NCBI GenBank assembly: GCA_040387275.1
Contig: JAZKDZ010000003.1
Coordinates: 105,858 to 129,857 of the forward strand
Source of the DNA: Bdellovibrionota bacterium
GTDB taxonomy: Bacteria > Bdellovibrionota > Bacteriovoracia > Bacteriovoracales > Bacteriovoracaceae
Direction: 5' to 3'
Length of the DNA: 24,000 nt
Below the pieces are notes generated by a model that did no database searches, was not told the DNA's origin, and was given only the letters and a program-made list of their open reading frames with translations. Positions 7,858 to 15,639 of this stretch are shown here, one piece after another; position 1 is the first letter of the stretch, and each line of letters opens with the position of its first letter. Both the position numbers and the translations under genes were made by a program.

Positions 7858-9124
7858 GTATGACCGACTCGATTACGAAGAACTGAATTTAGATTTAGCT
7901 AAGGCCAATGGTCTAAAGAAATATCTAGATAATTCTGGGCTTCGCGGAGCCCTGGAATTTCATTCGGATCATCTCAAGGCAACTCAATATGTTGGTGTTA
8001 TCAACTATCGAGGACGTCGAATTGATGTTCTTCCCAAGTTGTTAAGTGGGGGCGTTGGTCCTGACAATGATGAAGAAATTCGACTCATGCAACGCAATCT
8101 TCTCATCATGCTCTCTTATACTAATCATCTTCATATCAAGGATTCTGACCTCAGCAATTTTGACTTAGGGAAAGATAATCTCATTGATGTTTTTATTTAT
8201 CTCTTCGCTAGAGATCTCGTTTTTGCCTTGAATAAAGAAGTATTACATTCTTACGAGAACAAAGAAGAAAACGTTTCTTTTATAAAAGGTAAGATAAGCT
8301 TCCATAAGGATAGTGTAATAAATCAGTTTAATAGATCAAAGACTGTGTGTAGCTTTACATCTTTTGAGCATAATAACATCTTCAACCAGACTTTTTACTT
8401 CCTCTCTGAAAAGCTTTTAGCCCTCACTAATAATTCAGCAACTAAACAATATTTAAACCAAGCTCTTAAATGTCTAGAGGGTGTTTCTAGAAAGCAAATT
8501 TCATACGACCAAATTAAGGACAAGGTTGTGGGGAGATCATTTGAAAATTTTGAAACTCCATTTAATTTCGCAAAAGTTTTTTTAAAGAATAATCGACCGT
8601 CGCTCTCTTCAGGATCGAGTGAGAATTATTGCTTGATGTTCAACATGAATAATGTTTTTGAAGAGTTTATATACTCTGCCTTAAATCGAAATAAAATAAA
8701 GCTAGGTCTCTCTCGTGTAGAGTTTCAGAGGAATAGAACTCTTTTCCAAAGTTGGATTGATCTAAGTACCAATGACGAGCTAGGCGGATTTGGAAGTGTG
8801 AGAAATGATATTTACTTAGAGTTTTCCAATAAAATGCGTCCACCTTTAATCATTGACACTAAATACAAGGAAGTCTCATCCGTAAAGGATGTCTCCTCTG
8901 AAGACTTCTTTCAGCTCCTGACTTACAGACACATTGAGCGGAAAGCTGGGCTCTTAAATACTCCTGAGATAAAATTAGTTTATCCTCAGAAGAGTGCAAA
9001 AATAAAAGCTCGCCTAACATTTAGCGGACAAGATAAAACACTGATAAATGTGCGAACATTTCCTCTTAGAGATCTAACGGCTGAATCAATTTTCTTATTA
9101 CTTGAAGAAATGCTGACAGCGTGA
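7835..9124 (+). CDS. mcrC: McrC-type PD-(D/E)xK nuclease subunit
   Basis: It overlaps mcrB by 23 nt. It has an N-terminal RIDVLPKL motif. The C-terminal NDIYLEF...PPLIIDTKYKEVS...FFQLLTY...KLVYPQ parallels the E. coli McrC segment TDITIR...ILIIDAKYYK...LYQLMNY...LLIYPH (D at 8855-8857). Confidence 0.85.
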   Translation: MIHKKLHEYDRLDYEELNLDLAKANGLKKYLDNSGLRGALEFHSDHLKATQYVGVINYRGRRIDVLPKLLSGGVGPDNDEEIRLMQRNLLIMLSYTNHLHIKDSDLSNFDLGKDNLIDVFIYLFARDLVFALNKEVLHSYENKEENVSFIKGKISFHKDSVINQFNRSKTVCSFTSFEHNNIFNQTFYFLSEKLLALTNNSATKQYLNQALKCLEGVSRKQISYDQIKDKVVGRSFENFETPFNFAKVFLKNNRPSLSSGSSENYCLMFNMNNVFEEFIYSALNRNKIKLGLSRVEFQRNRTLFQSWIDLSTNDELGGFGSVRNDIYLEFSNKMRPPLIIDTKYKEVSSVKDVSSEDFFQLLTYRHIERKAGLLNTPEIKLVYPQKSAKIKARLTFSGQDKTLINVRTFPLRDLTAESIFLLLEEMLTA

Positions 9125-9138
9125 CGCTTCTGGTAGAG

Positions 9139-10413
9139 TTATATCCCAAGAGCTTCTTTCGTATCGACAATTTTTTTATGAATCTCTGAGGCTAACTTCT
9201 CAATATAATGGCTTCGAAAATCTGCATCCATAAACTTTATGAAGTCGTTTCCTGGAATGTTCTTTAATACTAACTTCTTTGCAGCTGTAGTCCCTGTCCA
9301 GATAATCCACCAGGCATTGGTATGAGGAGGACTGAAGATACCATCTAATTTTTTTGCGATAATTTGTGCTTTTGGGAGTAACTTTTCGTTTCCACCGACT
9401 TTATTGTCCGAATTTACAAAGCGAAGCCCTTGATACAAGACCCCGTTTTCTTTATTTAAATTAAATATTACGGTCTCACCTTCTATCTTACCAAGTTCTA
9501 TTGTTAGACCGTAATAATTAGAACCCTGTCGAATGCGATCTTCATTAAAAGTTGTCTCACATTTAAAATCAACATCTGCTCCCAATCCTTTTAGTTTTTT
9601 CGTGAGATTGGTTTGTAACTCATTCCAGAATTTGAATTCCAGTTGAATTCGTTTCTCTTCAGCCGCATTCGCAAGAAGTAGTGCCGCATTCATCTTCTCT
9701 TCAGAGTCAATTAGTTTAAGAGTTTCGTTTAGAGTGCTCATCTGAATGGTATCTCCGGTCAGTTTCTTTATAAGGTTTTTATAGTGAATAAGAATTTGAT
9801 GGACTGAAGGATGGTCTGTCGATTTTGAAATACTTTTTTTTAAAAAATCTTGAATGAAGTCTTTGTAAGTTAGAATGATTACTTTTCCACGAGGTAAATC
9901 GCCTAATGAATCCTCGTTTGGGCCATGACCGTCTAAGTTCAAATAAATGAGATAAATTCCTTTCTTTAGATGGTTATACTTATCTGTGTAGTTGTAATAT
10001 CTCTCAAGTTGTCTATGCTGATCTTCAGCGTAGATTTTGTTTTCAACCACAATTATCGCATTCGACGTCTCTATTCTAAGATCTATTCTGCCGCCAGTTC
10101 CCTGCCATGGGGCTGATGTTTCGATTCCTATCTCTGTATTATAATCAGCAATAATGGTGAAGCTGTGTTGCGAATTTAATTGATCAACAAAAATTTGTAA
10201 AAACATATCTTTGAGACCATGTGATCCGGTAGGCGACAAGATTTCTCCAAGAAAACGACTATGTCCTTTTTCTTCATCTCTTTCCCGATCAAGAATAGAG
10301 AATATATTGAAATGTTGGGTAACATTCTTACTATTCTCTTCTTGAGCACTTCTAAAAATGATTTGCGCTTTGGCGAGTAGTTCAGAAATTGTCTCTGCAG
10401 GCTTGTTTGACAT
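9139..10413 (-). CDS. PD-(D/E)xK nuclease family protein (PDDEXK_4-like) with uncharacterised C-terminal half
   Basis: The N-terminal FNIFSILDRERDEEKGHSRFLGEILSPTGSHGLKDMFLQIF and GRIDLRIETSNAIIVVENKIYAEDQHRQLERYY (about nt 10030-10095) match the D...E-x-K core and flanking signature of that family. Its ATG lies 2 nt after the upstream DUF2779 stop. Confidence 0.75.
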   Translation of the reverse strand: MSNKPAETISELLAKAQIIFRSAQEENSKNVTQHFNIFSILDRERDEEKGHSRFLGEILSPTGSHGLKDMFLQIFVDQLNSQHSFTIIADYNTEIGIETSAPWQGTGGRIDLRIETSNAIIVVENKIYAEDQHRQLERYYNYTDKYNHLKKGIYLIYLNLDGHGPNEDSLGDLPRGKVIILTYKDFIQDFLKKSISKSTDHPSVHQILIHYKNLIKKLTGDTIQMSTLNETLKLIDSEEKMNAALLLANAAEEKRIQLEFKFWNELQTNLTKKLKGLGADVDFKCETTFNEDRIRQGSNYYGLTIELGKIEGETVIFNLNKENGVLYQGLRFVNSDNKVGGNEKLLPKAQIIAKKLDGIFSPPHTNAWWIIWTGTTAAKKLVLKNIPGNDFIKFMDADFRSHYIEKLASEIHKKIVDTKEALGI

Positions 10414-10415
10414 GA

Positions 10416-11894
10416 CTATTTAATCCTCATTAACCACTTAACAATCTCGACCATCGCTAAAGTGTCCTGATGACAATATTTCAAAAGGTCATCAATGATC
10501 TTCTTACGGGATTGATCATCTTTCGCCAGGTTAAACATCAGAAGCGAAGCCATGCTTTGTGCGGTTCCACCATCACCGATGTCGAGATTATCGTAGCTGA
10601 GTTTGTCGCCAATCAAAGCTGGTGCTACAGCTTTAATACTGAAGCTTCCTCGGAACTCTGGATCATAAACATAGTTTCTGAATATTGGGAGAGGATCAAC
10701 AAATCGATCAATAAGCGCCAACAAGTCAGCTTTATTTTTTTTATCGAATTCCGCGAGTTTTTTAATAACTCCAATCTCGAATGTCTGATTATAGGCCACG
10801 ATACTTCCTTTCTTACCCAGGTTCTTCAGCATGGAAGCTATCAGGCTATTCCTTGGGTCGCTATTTTCGGTGTGGAGAAATTCGAAATGATCCAAAGTTT
10901 TAGATTTGGCATCTTTCCAGACGTGACAGCTGAATTGGAAAGGAATCTGTACATAAGGGGAGGTTCCCTGGAATTTAGGGATAGCTGGATTGATGGTTTC
11001 AAAGTCAAAGAAGTATAACGGCCACTTCCAGTCTTTCAGCTCTTCTTGAATTCCTTTCTTATCGATATATGTTTTTTTATTCTGTGTTGCCTCAATCGCA
11101 CGTTTCGTTACGTTCTTATAGTTCCCAGGATTGAGATCGGATATTTTGATGAGCTTACTCTCATAATGATCCCACTTTTTACTGGTGAAAGAGGGGAGAT
11201 CGAAAATTGAGAAGTCCGGGACTTTCTTCCAGCAATTTTCCTTGTAAGGGCATTCATAAGGACTATCGCAGTGGCTACCAATGGACTTCTTAGGTTCTTT
11301 TTTATCTTTTACAACCTTCTTCAATTCAGCGATTGCCTTCTTTGTCTGAACCATCTCTGTTCTAACTTCTTCTGTGATGTCTTCAGTCGAGAAGAAGTCT
11401 ACGAAATTGGGGAACACCATATTGTTGTTAATATGGCGAAGAAAGATTTTTGTAAGCTTTATTCCTGAAGCTTCAATGACCAATGTCTGAATGGCACAAT
11501 CTTGAATGTAGGATTCTTTGACCTCTGTCGCTTTCTTCACTTCTATAAGGTGCCAGCCGGACTTTGTTTTCTTCAGGATATCCGCACGGAAGTACAGGTC
11601 ATCTTTCAGGAAAGCTGCTTCATAGATAAGTTTGGAGCCATTTGCTATCAGTTCCTGAGTTTTCTTAGCAGCTCCGGCTAAATCCCAATACTCACCTTCA
11701 ATAAGATCACCGGGACCTTCCAATTTTCTGGCGAGTTCTCCAACTTCATTTCCTTCGTCAAATTGCATTTGGGTAGCAGCTGAAGTTTCTTCCCGATCAA
11801 GAGGCTTATTCAACGTGAGCCAAAGAAGTTTTTCGCATTGAAAGCCGAGCATGAGTTTACTTTTAGAGAGAACGATATTTCTAGTTTTTGTCAT
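10416..11894 (-). CDS. DUF2779 protein: N-terminal Cas4/RecB-like nuclease with Cys cluster plus C-terminal exonuclease-like (RNase H fold) domain
   Basis: The N-terminus LSKSKLMLGFQCEKLLWL is typical of DUF2779. Nuclease-type motifs are RADIL...HLIEVKKAT and YIQDCAIQ. A three-Cys cluster, HCDSPYECPYKENCW, combines with the N-terminal QC Cys. The C-terminal motifs are YFFDFET (about 10997-11017), QIPFQFSCH, AYNQTFE and KYCHQDTLAM. Confidence 0.85.
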   Translation of the reverse strand: MTKTRNIVLSKSKLMLGFQCEKLLWLTLNKPLDREETSAATQMQFDEGNEVGELARKLEGPGDLIEGEYWDLAGAAKKTQELIANGSKLIYEAAFLKDDLYFRADILKKTKSGWHLIEVKKATEVKESYIQDCAIQTLVIEASGIKLTKIFLRHINNNMVFPNFVDFFSTEDITEEVRTEMVQTKKAIAELKKVVKDKKEPKKSIGSHCDSPYECPYKENCWKKVPDFSIFDLPSFTSKKWDHYESKLIKISDLNPGNYKNVTKRAIEATQNKKTYIDKKGIQEELKDWKWPLYFFDFETINPAIPKFQGTSPYVQIPFQFSCHVWKDAKSKTLDHFEFLHTENSDPRNSLIASMLKNLGKKGSIVAYNQTFEIGVIKKLAEFDKKNKADLLALIDRFVDPLPIFRNYVYDPEFRGSFSIKAVAPALIGDKLSYDNLDIGDGGTAQSMASLLMFNLAKDDQSRKKIIDDLLKYCHQDTLAMVEIVKWLMRIK

Positions 11895-11907
11895 AATGAA
11901 TTGTACT

Positions 11908-12804
11908 TTATGGTCTTCTCAATTTCTGAGACTTTGAAAGGGCTCCCATGAGTTCGCATTGCTGACAGAGAGTCATATCATCAAGTCCAACATACTTATC
12001 TGGTGACGTAATTATCCCTGTCTCATATGAGGCTATGTATTTCAAAGCATCAGCTTGTCGTATTTTTAAAAAATCTGCGGCTTCAGATGGGATTGAGCCT
12101 CGTTGAATCATTGAAAGAAAAATAAAATGTTTTCCTTTCTTTGAGAGGGAAGGTTCTGACAAATACCTGTAACTTTTGTAAATGAATTTCTTCCTGAGTT
12201 CAACATCGTTATTAATCAAAGTAAGTCCGAAGCGTGGTGCTGTCGTAAAAGGAATCTTCGGTAACTGATCACTTGGCTTTATTTTGAGACTGCTGTTTGA
12301 ATCGAATGGAGATAGTTCCTCAAGCTTCGGTGCAAGAGCTTTGATATCGGAAGCGCCAAAATTATTCATTAAAAGATCTACGAATAAGCTGGAGCCTTCT
12401 TGATATTCATTGGATTGTACATTTCGAACAGCTCTTATTAGGATTCCACCTCGGTTAATTCCATTCCCAATAGTTAAATCCAATCCTTTATAGTTTCCAT
12501 TACTGTAGCCACCCTCACCCTTGCGATGAAAATACCACTGAAGGTTTTCTGCCTGTCTTTTATTCCCATGAACGAAAGGATCTTTATAAATTGCAGGAAG
12601 AAAATAGAATTCAATTTCCATCAGTCGATAATCTTTTCCATTTATTTCTACTAAACTCTGATTGAGTAAGACATCTGCAATAGCAGGATAATATTGTTCG
12701 GCTTCTTCGACGGATGTCGCTCCATTCAGCTCGTTCACAAGTTTCGTCAGCATGCTAATTCCTTTGTAGTTCTTATCGGTAACAATACGTGAATTCATTC
12801 CCAT
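11908..12804 (-). CDS. Putative DNA glycosylase-like protein (divergent AAG/MPG 3-methyladenine glycosylase fold)
   Basis: By-eye alignment to the MPG family gives: IADVLLNQSLVEINGKDYRLMEIEFYF against a..LLG..L....g....IVETEAY; KDPFVHGNKRQAENLQWYF against D.A.H....rT.RN..MF; GILIRAV against AVLIRA. The E-x-E-(F/A)-Y block lies at nt 12601-12621. An alternative start at 12753 (MLTKLV) has AAAGGA 7 nt upstream, a better SD than the ATG at 12804. It lies 13 nt upstream of the DUF2779 gene. Confidence 0.5.
   Translation of the reverse strand: MGMNSRIVTDKNYKGISMLTKLVNELNGATSVEEAEQYYPAIADVLLNQSLVEINGKDYRLMEIEFYFLPAIYKDPFVHGNKRQAENLQWYFHRKGEGGYSNGNYKGLDLTIGNGINRGGILIRAVRNVQSNEYQEGSSLFVDLLMNNFGASDIKALAPKLEELSPFDSNSSLKIKPSDQLPKIPFTTAPRFGLTLINNDVELRKKFIYKSYRYLSEPSLSKKGKHFIFLSMIQRGSIPSEAADFLKIRQADALKYIASYETGIITSPDKYVGLDDMTLCQQCELMGALSKSQKLRRP
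11917..11931. promoter_or_regulatory. One-mismatch copy of the TCTCAA-N3-TTGAGA palindrome (TCTCAA-TTT-CTGAGA)
   Basis: Read directly from the sequence. It sits in the last codons of the glycosylase-like gene, 23 nt upstream of the DUF2779 start codon. Confidence 0.3.
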
Positions 12805-12849
12805 TTTCTGAGACAGGAAGTTGCTATTTTAGATAAGGCAGGAGGGTCC

Positions 12850-13230
12850 ATGAAATCATTAAAGACATCTCATACTTTTCAGAACATCACTGAATGGTCA
12901 CATGACCTTAATAAATGGGTTTATTTATTCAAAACAATTCATGGTATTTACCCCACAATATTGTTGGCCGCTGACCGCACTTTCACAAAAATCGATATGA
13001 TCGCAAATACAAACAGTCGTCATAAAATCAAAGGTGCTTCTGGAAATTGTCCAGATAGGCCAGTTAGGATGATTGGATTTCAGGGAGCCAACTATGAATT
13101 GAAATTTTGTGTGAATGAATCTCTCGAAGTGAATAAAATAAATCTAATTTTTGAATTTGATTCTGGAGACGATGGAGAACAATTTGAAAAAGATTCATTA
13201 GCATTTTTTGCAATAGGAATTAATTGCTAG
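12850..13230 (+). CDS. Hypothetical small protein (126 aa)
   Basis: A strong SD, GGAGG, lies 5 nt upstream of the ATG. The gene is divergent from the glycosylase-like operon. I recognised no motif. Palindrome-related sequences flank it on both sides. Confidence 0.6.
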   Translation: MKSLKTSHTFQNITEWSHDLNKWVYLFKTIHGIYPTILLAADRTFTKIDMIANTNSRHKIKGASGNCPDRPVRMIGFQGANYELKFCVNESLEVNKINLIFEFDSGDDGEQFEKDSLAFFAIGINC

Positions 13231-13246
13231 TCTCAAAAATTGAGAC
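13230..13246. promoter_or_regulatory. Perfect palindrome GTCTCAA-AAA-TTGAGAC, second full copy of the candidate operator
   Basis: Read directly from the sequence. It begins at the last base of the stop codon of the 126-aa ORF, and its right end (13246) lies 137 nt upstream of the lipoprotein start (13383). The core TCTCAA-N3-TTGAGA is identical to the one at 2600-2614. Confidence 0.45.
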
Positions 13247-13382
13247 AGGTAGGCTTGGAGAAGCGCTAGTTATTTCAATACCTTGGGGCGGATCTGATAA
13301 TTCGATGTCATTAAGAATTCTTATTAATCTATTTTCACCTTATCCGCCGACAATAAGTTCAGTAACAAATTTAGGAACCAAA

Positions 13383-14972
13383 ATGAAACTTTCATTGTTT
13401 TTTATTTCTCTTCTTCTCGTTTCTTGTAACGGTGGCGGTGGCGGAGGAGGGGGATCCTCTGTAGCGATTTCTTACTGGGATATATCAGGTCTAGTTACGT
13501 ATCAATTTGTTCCGGCCACAGCGACTGGGCTTGATTATGCGGGAACTACCGAATTGCCGATGCGAAATGTTATAGTTCAAATCTTACGTTCCAGTGACAA
13601 TGTAGTTCTCGGAAGTGGCTCGACAGATGATAACGGTAATTACCTCGTTAAAATTCCTCAGGGTTCTCAAAATACTTCCATCAAGGTGTCTGCAAGAGCA
13701 GAGATGACTAGTCCCAGTGTTATTATCCAGGACAATACAAATAGTAATGCCAAGTACGTAGCAACCGGTCCTGTGAATGTTATCTTTGGCGATACAGTGA
13801 TTAGTACTTTGATTGCTCCAAGTGGCTGGGGAGGGAACTCCTATACATCGACCAGAGCTGCAGCACCATTTGCGATCCTTGATTCAATTTACACAGCAAT
13901 TAAAAAAGTGAAAGAAGCGCGACCTTCAACAGTACTACCTGCTTTGAAAGTAAATTGGAGTACATTGAATGTTGCAACATCAGGTGACCTAACTATTGGG
14001 CAGATAGGTACTTCTCATTTTAATCAGAATGGTCAGCTCTACATATTGGGTAAAGAAAATTCTGATACTGATGAATATGACCGTCACGTAATTGCTCATG
14101 AATGGGGACACTATTTTGAAGATAAACTAAGTCGTTCTGATAGTGGTGGAGGACAGCATTCCGATGGGGAAGTAGTCGATATGTCTCTGGCCTTTGGTGA
14201 AGGATGGGGAAATGCGCTTAGTGGAATTGTATTTTCACCAGACATAAATTACCGTGACACAGCTGGTGTAAAACAACAGGTAACTGCTATTGATTATTCA
14301 TTGGAAACATCACCGGACACCACGCCGGGTTGGTTCTCTGAAGTTTCGGTCCAGCAGATTATATTTGATATCTTTGATTCAAACGCAGATGCAGGCGATT
14401 CAGTTAGTTTAGGTTTAGGGCCCATACTTGATGTCTTTACAGGCTACCAAAAGACTACACCAGCTAAAACTTCAATTTTTAGTTTTATCACAGGTCTGAA
14501 AAATAATAATGCATCCAGTGTAGCTGCTTTAAATACACTGACTACTTCAAAGCAAATTTCCAACGTTGCTAATGCTTTTGGAACTGGTGAGACAAATAAT
14601 GGTGGATTGGCACGGATGCTTCCCATTTATAACCAACTTGTCGTTAACGGTGGCCCCGTGACTGTATTTATGGGTGGAGGAAGCGTGAGGATGAATGAAG
14701 CGGACAATAATAGATATTTCCGATTTACCGCTACAAGCACCTCAACCAAATTAACCTGGGCTTCAAGTGATACATATATTCTTTCAGTTTCAAGATTGGG
14801 GTCAACGATCTATGACGATCTCGAGCAAGCTCCCGACGGTAATATTCTTGGACCGTATTTTGATTTTGTAACTACAACACCGGGCTTAGAATATGTACTT
14901 CAAATAAGTACGCATCCTGATTTTGTTTTTGATTCAGCAAGTCCTGTCGAATTTGCAGCTAAAATTGAATAA
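13383..14972 (+). CDS. Putative zinc metalloprotease lipoprotein (HExxH)
   Basis: I prefer the internal start MKLSLFFISLLLVSC. It provides a signal peptide and an LVSC lipobox (Cys codon at 13425-13427), followed by a Gly8 linker. The motif VIAHEWGHYFE is an HExxH zinc site, with GEGWGNA downstream. The track start at 13224 adds 53 aa without signal-peptide character. Confidence 0.65.
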   Translation: MKLSLFFISLLLVSCNGGGGGGGGSSVAISYWDISGLVTYQFVPATATGLDYAGTTELPMRNVIVQILRSSDNVVLGSGSTDDNGNYLVKIPQGSQNTSIKVSARAEMTSPSVIIQDNTNSNAKYVATGPVNVIFGDTVISTLIAPSGWGGNSYTSTRAAAPFAILDSIYTAIKKVKEARPSTVLPALKVNWSTLNVATSGDLTIGQIGTSHFNQNGQLYILGKENSDTDEYDRHVIAHEWGHYFEDKLSRSDSGGGQHSDGEVVDMSLAFGEGWGNALSGIVFSPDINYRDTAGVKQQVTAIDYSLETSPDTTPGWFSEVSVQQIIFDIFDSNADAGDSVSLGLGPILDVFTGYQKTTPAKTSIFSFITGLKNNNASSVAALNTLTTSKQISNVANAFGTGETNNGGLARMLPIYNQLVVNGGPVTVFMGGGSVRMNEADNNRYFRFTATSTSTKLTWASSDTYILSVSRLGSTIYDDLEQAPDGNILGPYFDFVTTTPGLEYVLQISTHPDFVFDSASPVEFAAKIE

Positions 14973-14985
14973 CCAAAGGTTGGTA

Positions 14986-15531
14986 ATGAAATATATTTTT
15001 ATTGTTTTTTGTCTCATGAACCTCACAGAATCTTCCTGGGGAAAAGTGTCTAAAAAGAAGACCGCTGCCATAAAGAAGCAGAATGTTTTTAAAAATCTTG
15101 AGTGTAAGCAAAAAATCTTACCCTTGAGAATTGATTACAAGCTTTCCGATAGAGACGTGGAAGTTGTTATTACTGGCGAAAAAGATATTCAAGATTTTCA
15201 AGTTACATCAGTTGTTGGATTGGATGGAGTGAAAATTATTGAAGCTGATAAGATTGACAGTCAGCTTTTGAAAAAGAATTCAAAAGCTACGTTGGTAGTT
15301 GAATTTGATGCTCCGATTGGTCTCTCCTATATTTCAATGAATCTGAAAGGTACGGTCAATAAAGTAGTTAAGAATCAAGTTTTTGCTATTCCGGTTGGAG
15401 AGCTAAGTTCGAAACAGAAAAGTCTTAACGGTCGTAACATTCGAATTAATTCTGTGAATGAATCTAAAGTTGGCGGCAAAGCATCTGAAGAGAAAATTCA
15501 CGAAATGAAGCTCGAGACTAAAAAGAAGTAG
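14986..15531 (+). CDS. Hypothetical secreted protein
   Basis: The internal start MKYIFIVFCLMNLTESSWG gives a signal-peptide-like N-terminus, with AAGG upstream. It follows the protease gene by 13 nt. It has no recognisable domain. Confidence 0.6.
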   Translation: MKYIFIVFCLMNLTESSWGKVSKKKTAAIKKQNVFKNLECKQKILPLRIDYKLSDRDVEVVITGEKDIQDFQVTSVVGLDGVKIIEADKIDSQLLKKNSKATLVVEFDAPIGLSYISMNLKGTVNKVVKNQVFAIPVGELSSKQKSLNGRNIRINSVNESKVGGKASEEKIHEMKLETKKK

Positions 15532-15639
15532 CTAAGAGGGAATGCGATTGCCGTTCTAAATGCTGGAATTGTATTCGAATTCTAATATTGTCCGAGTGAA
15601 AGTCTCGGAAATCGGGACTGCGTTCCGATAAGATGAGAC

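Noticed and set aside
10470-11468. Plus-strand ORFs 10470-11018 (182 aa) and 11271-11468, antisense to the DUF2779 gene
   Set aside because: The DUF2779 frame carries multiple family-specific motifs along its full length. The antisense frames have no motifs and no SD.
13431-13454. The G-rich run ggtggcggtggcggaggagggggа encoding Gly8 after the lipobox, as a phase-variation tract
   Set aside because: The glycine codons are mixed (ggt/ggc/gga/ggg), so there is no long homopolymer or perfect short tandem repeat. It is more likely just a flexible lipoprotein linker.
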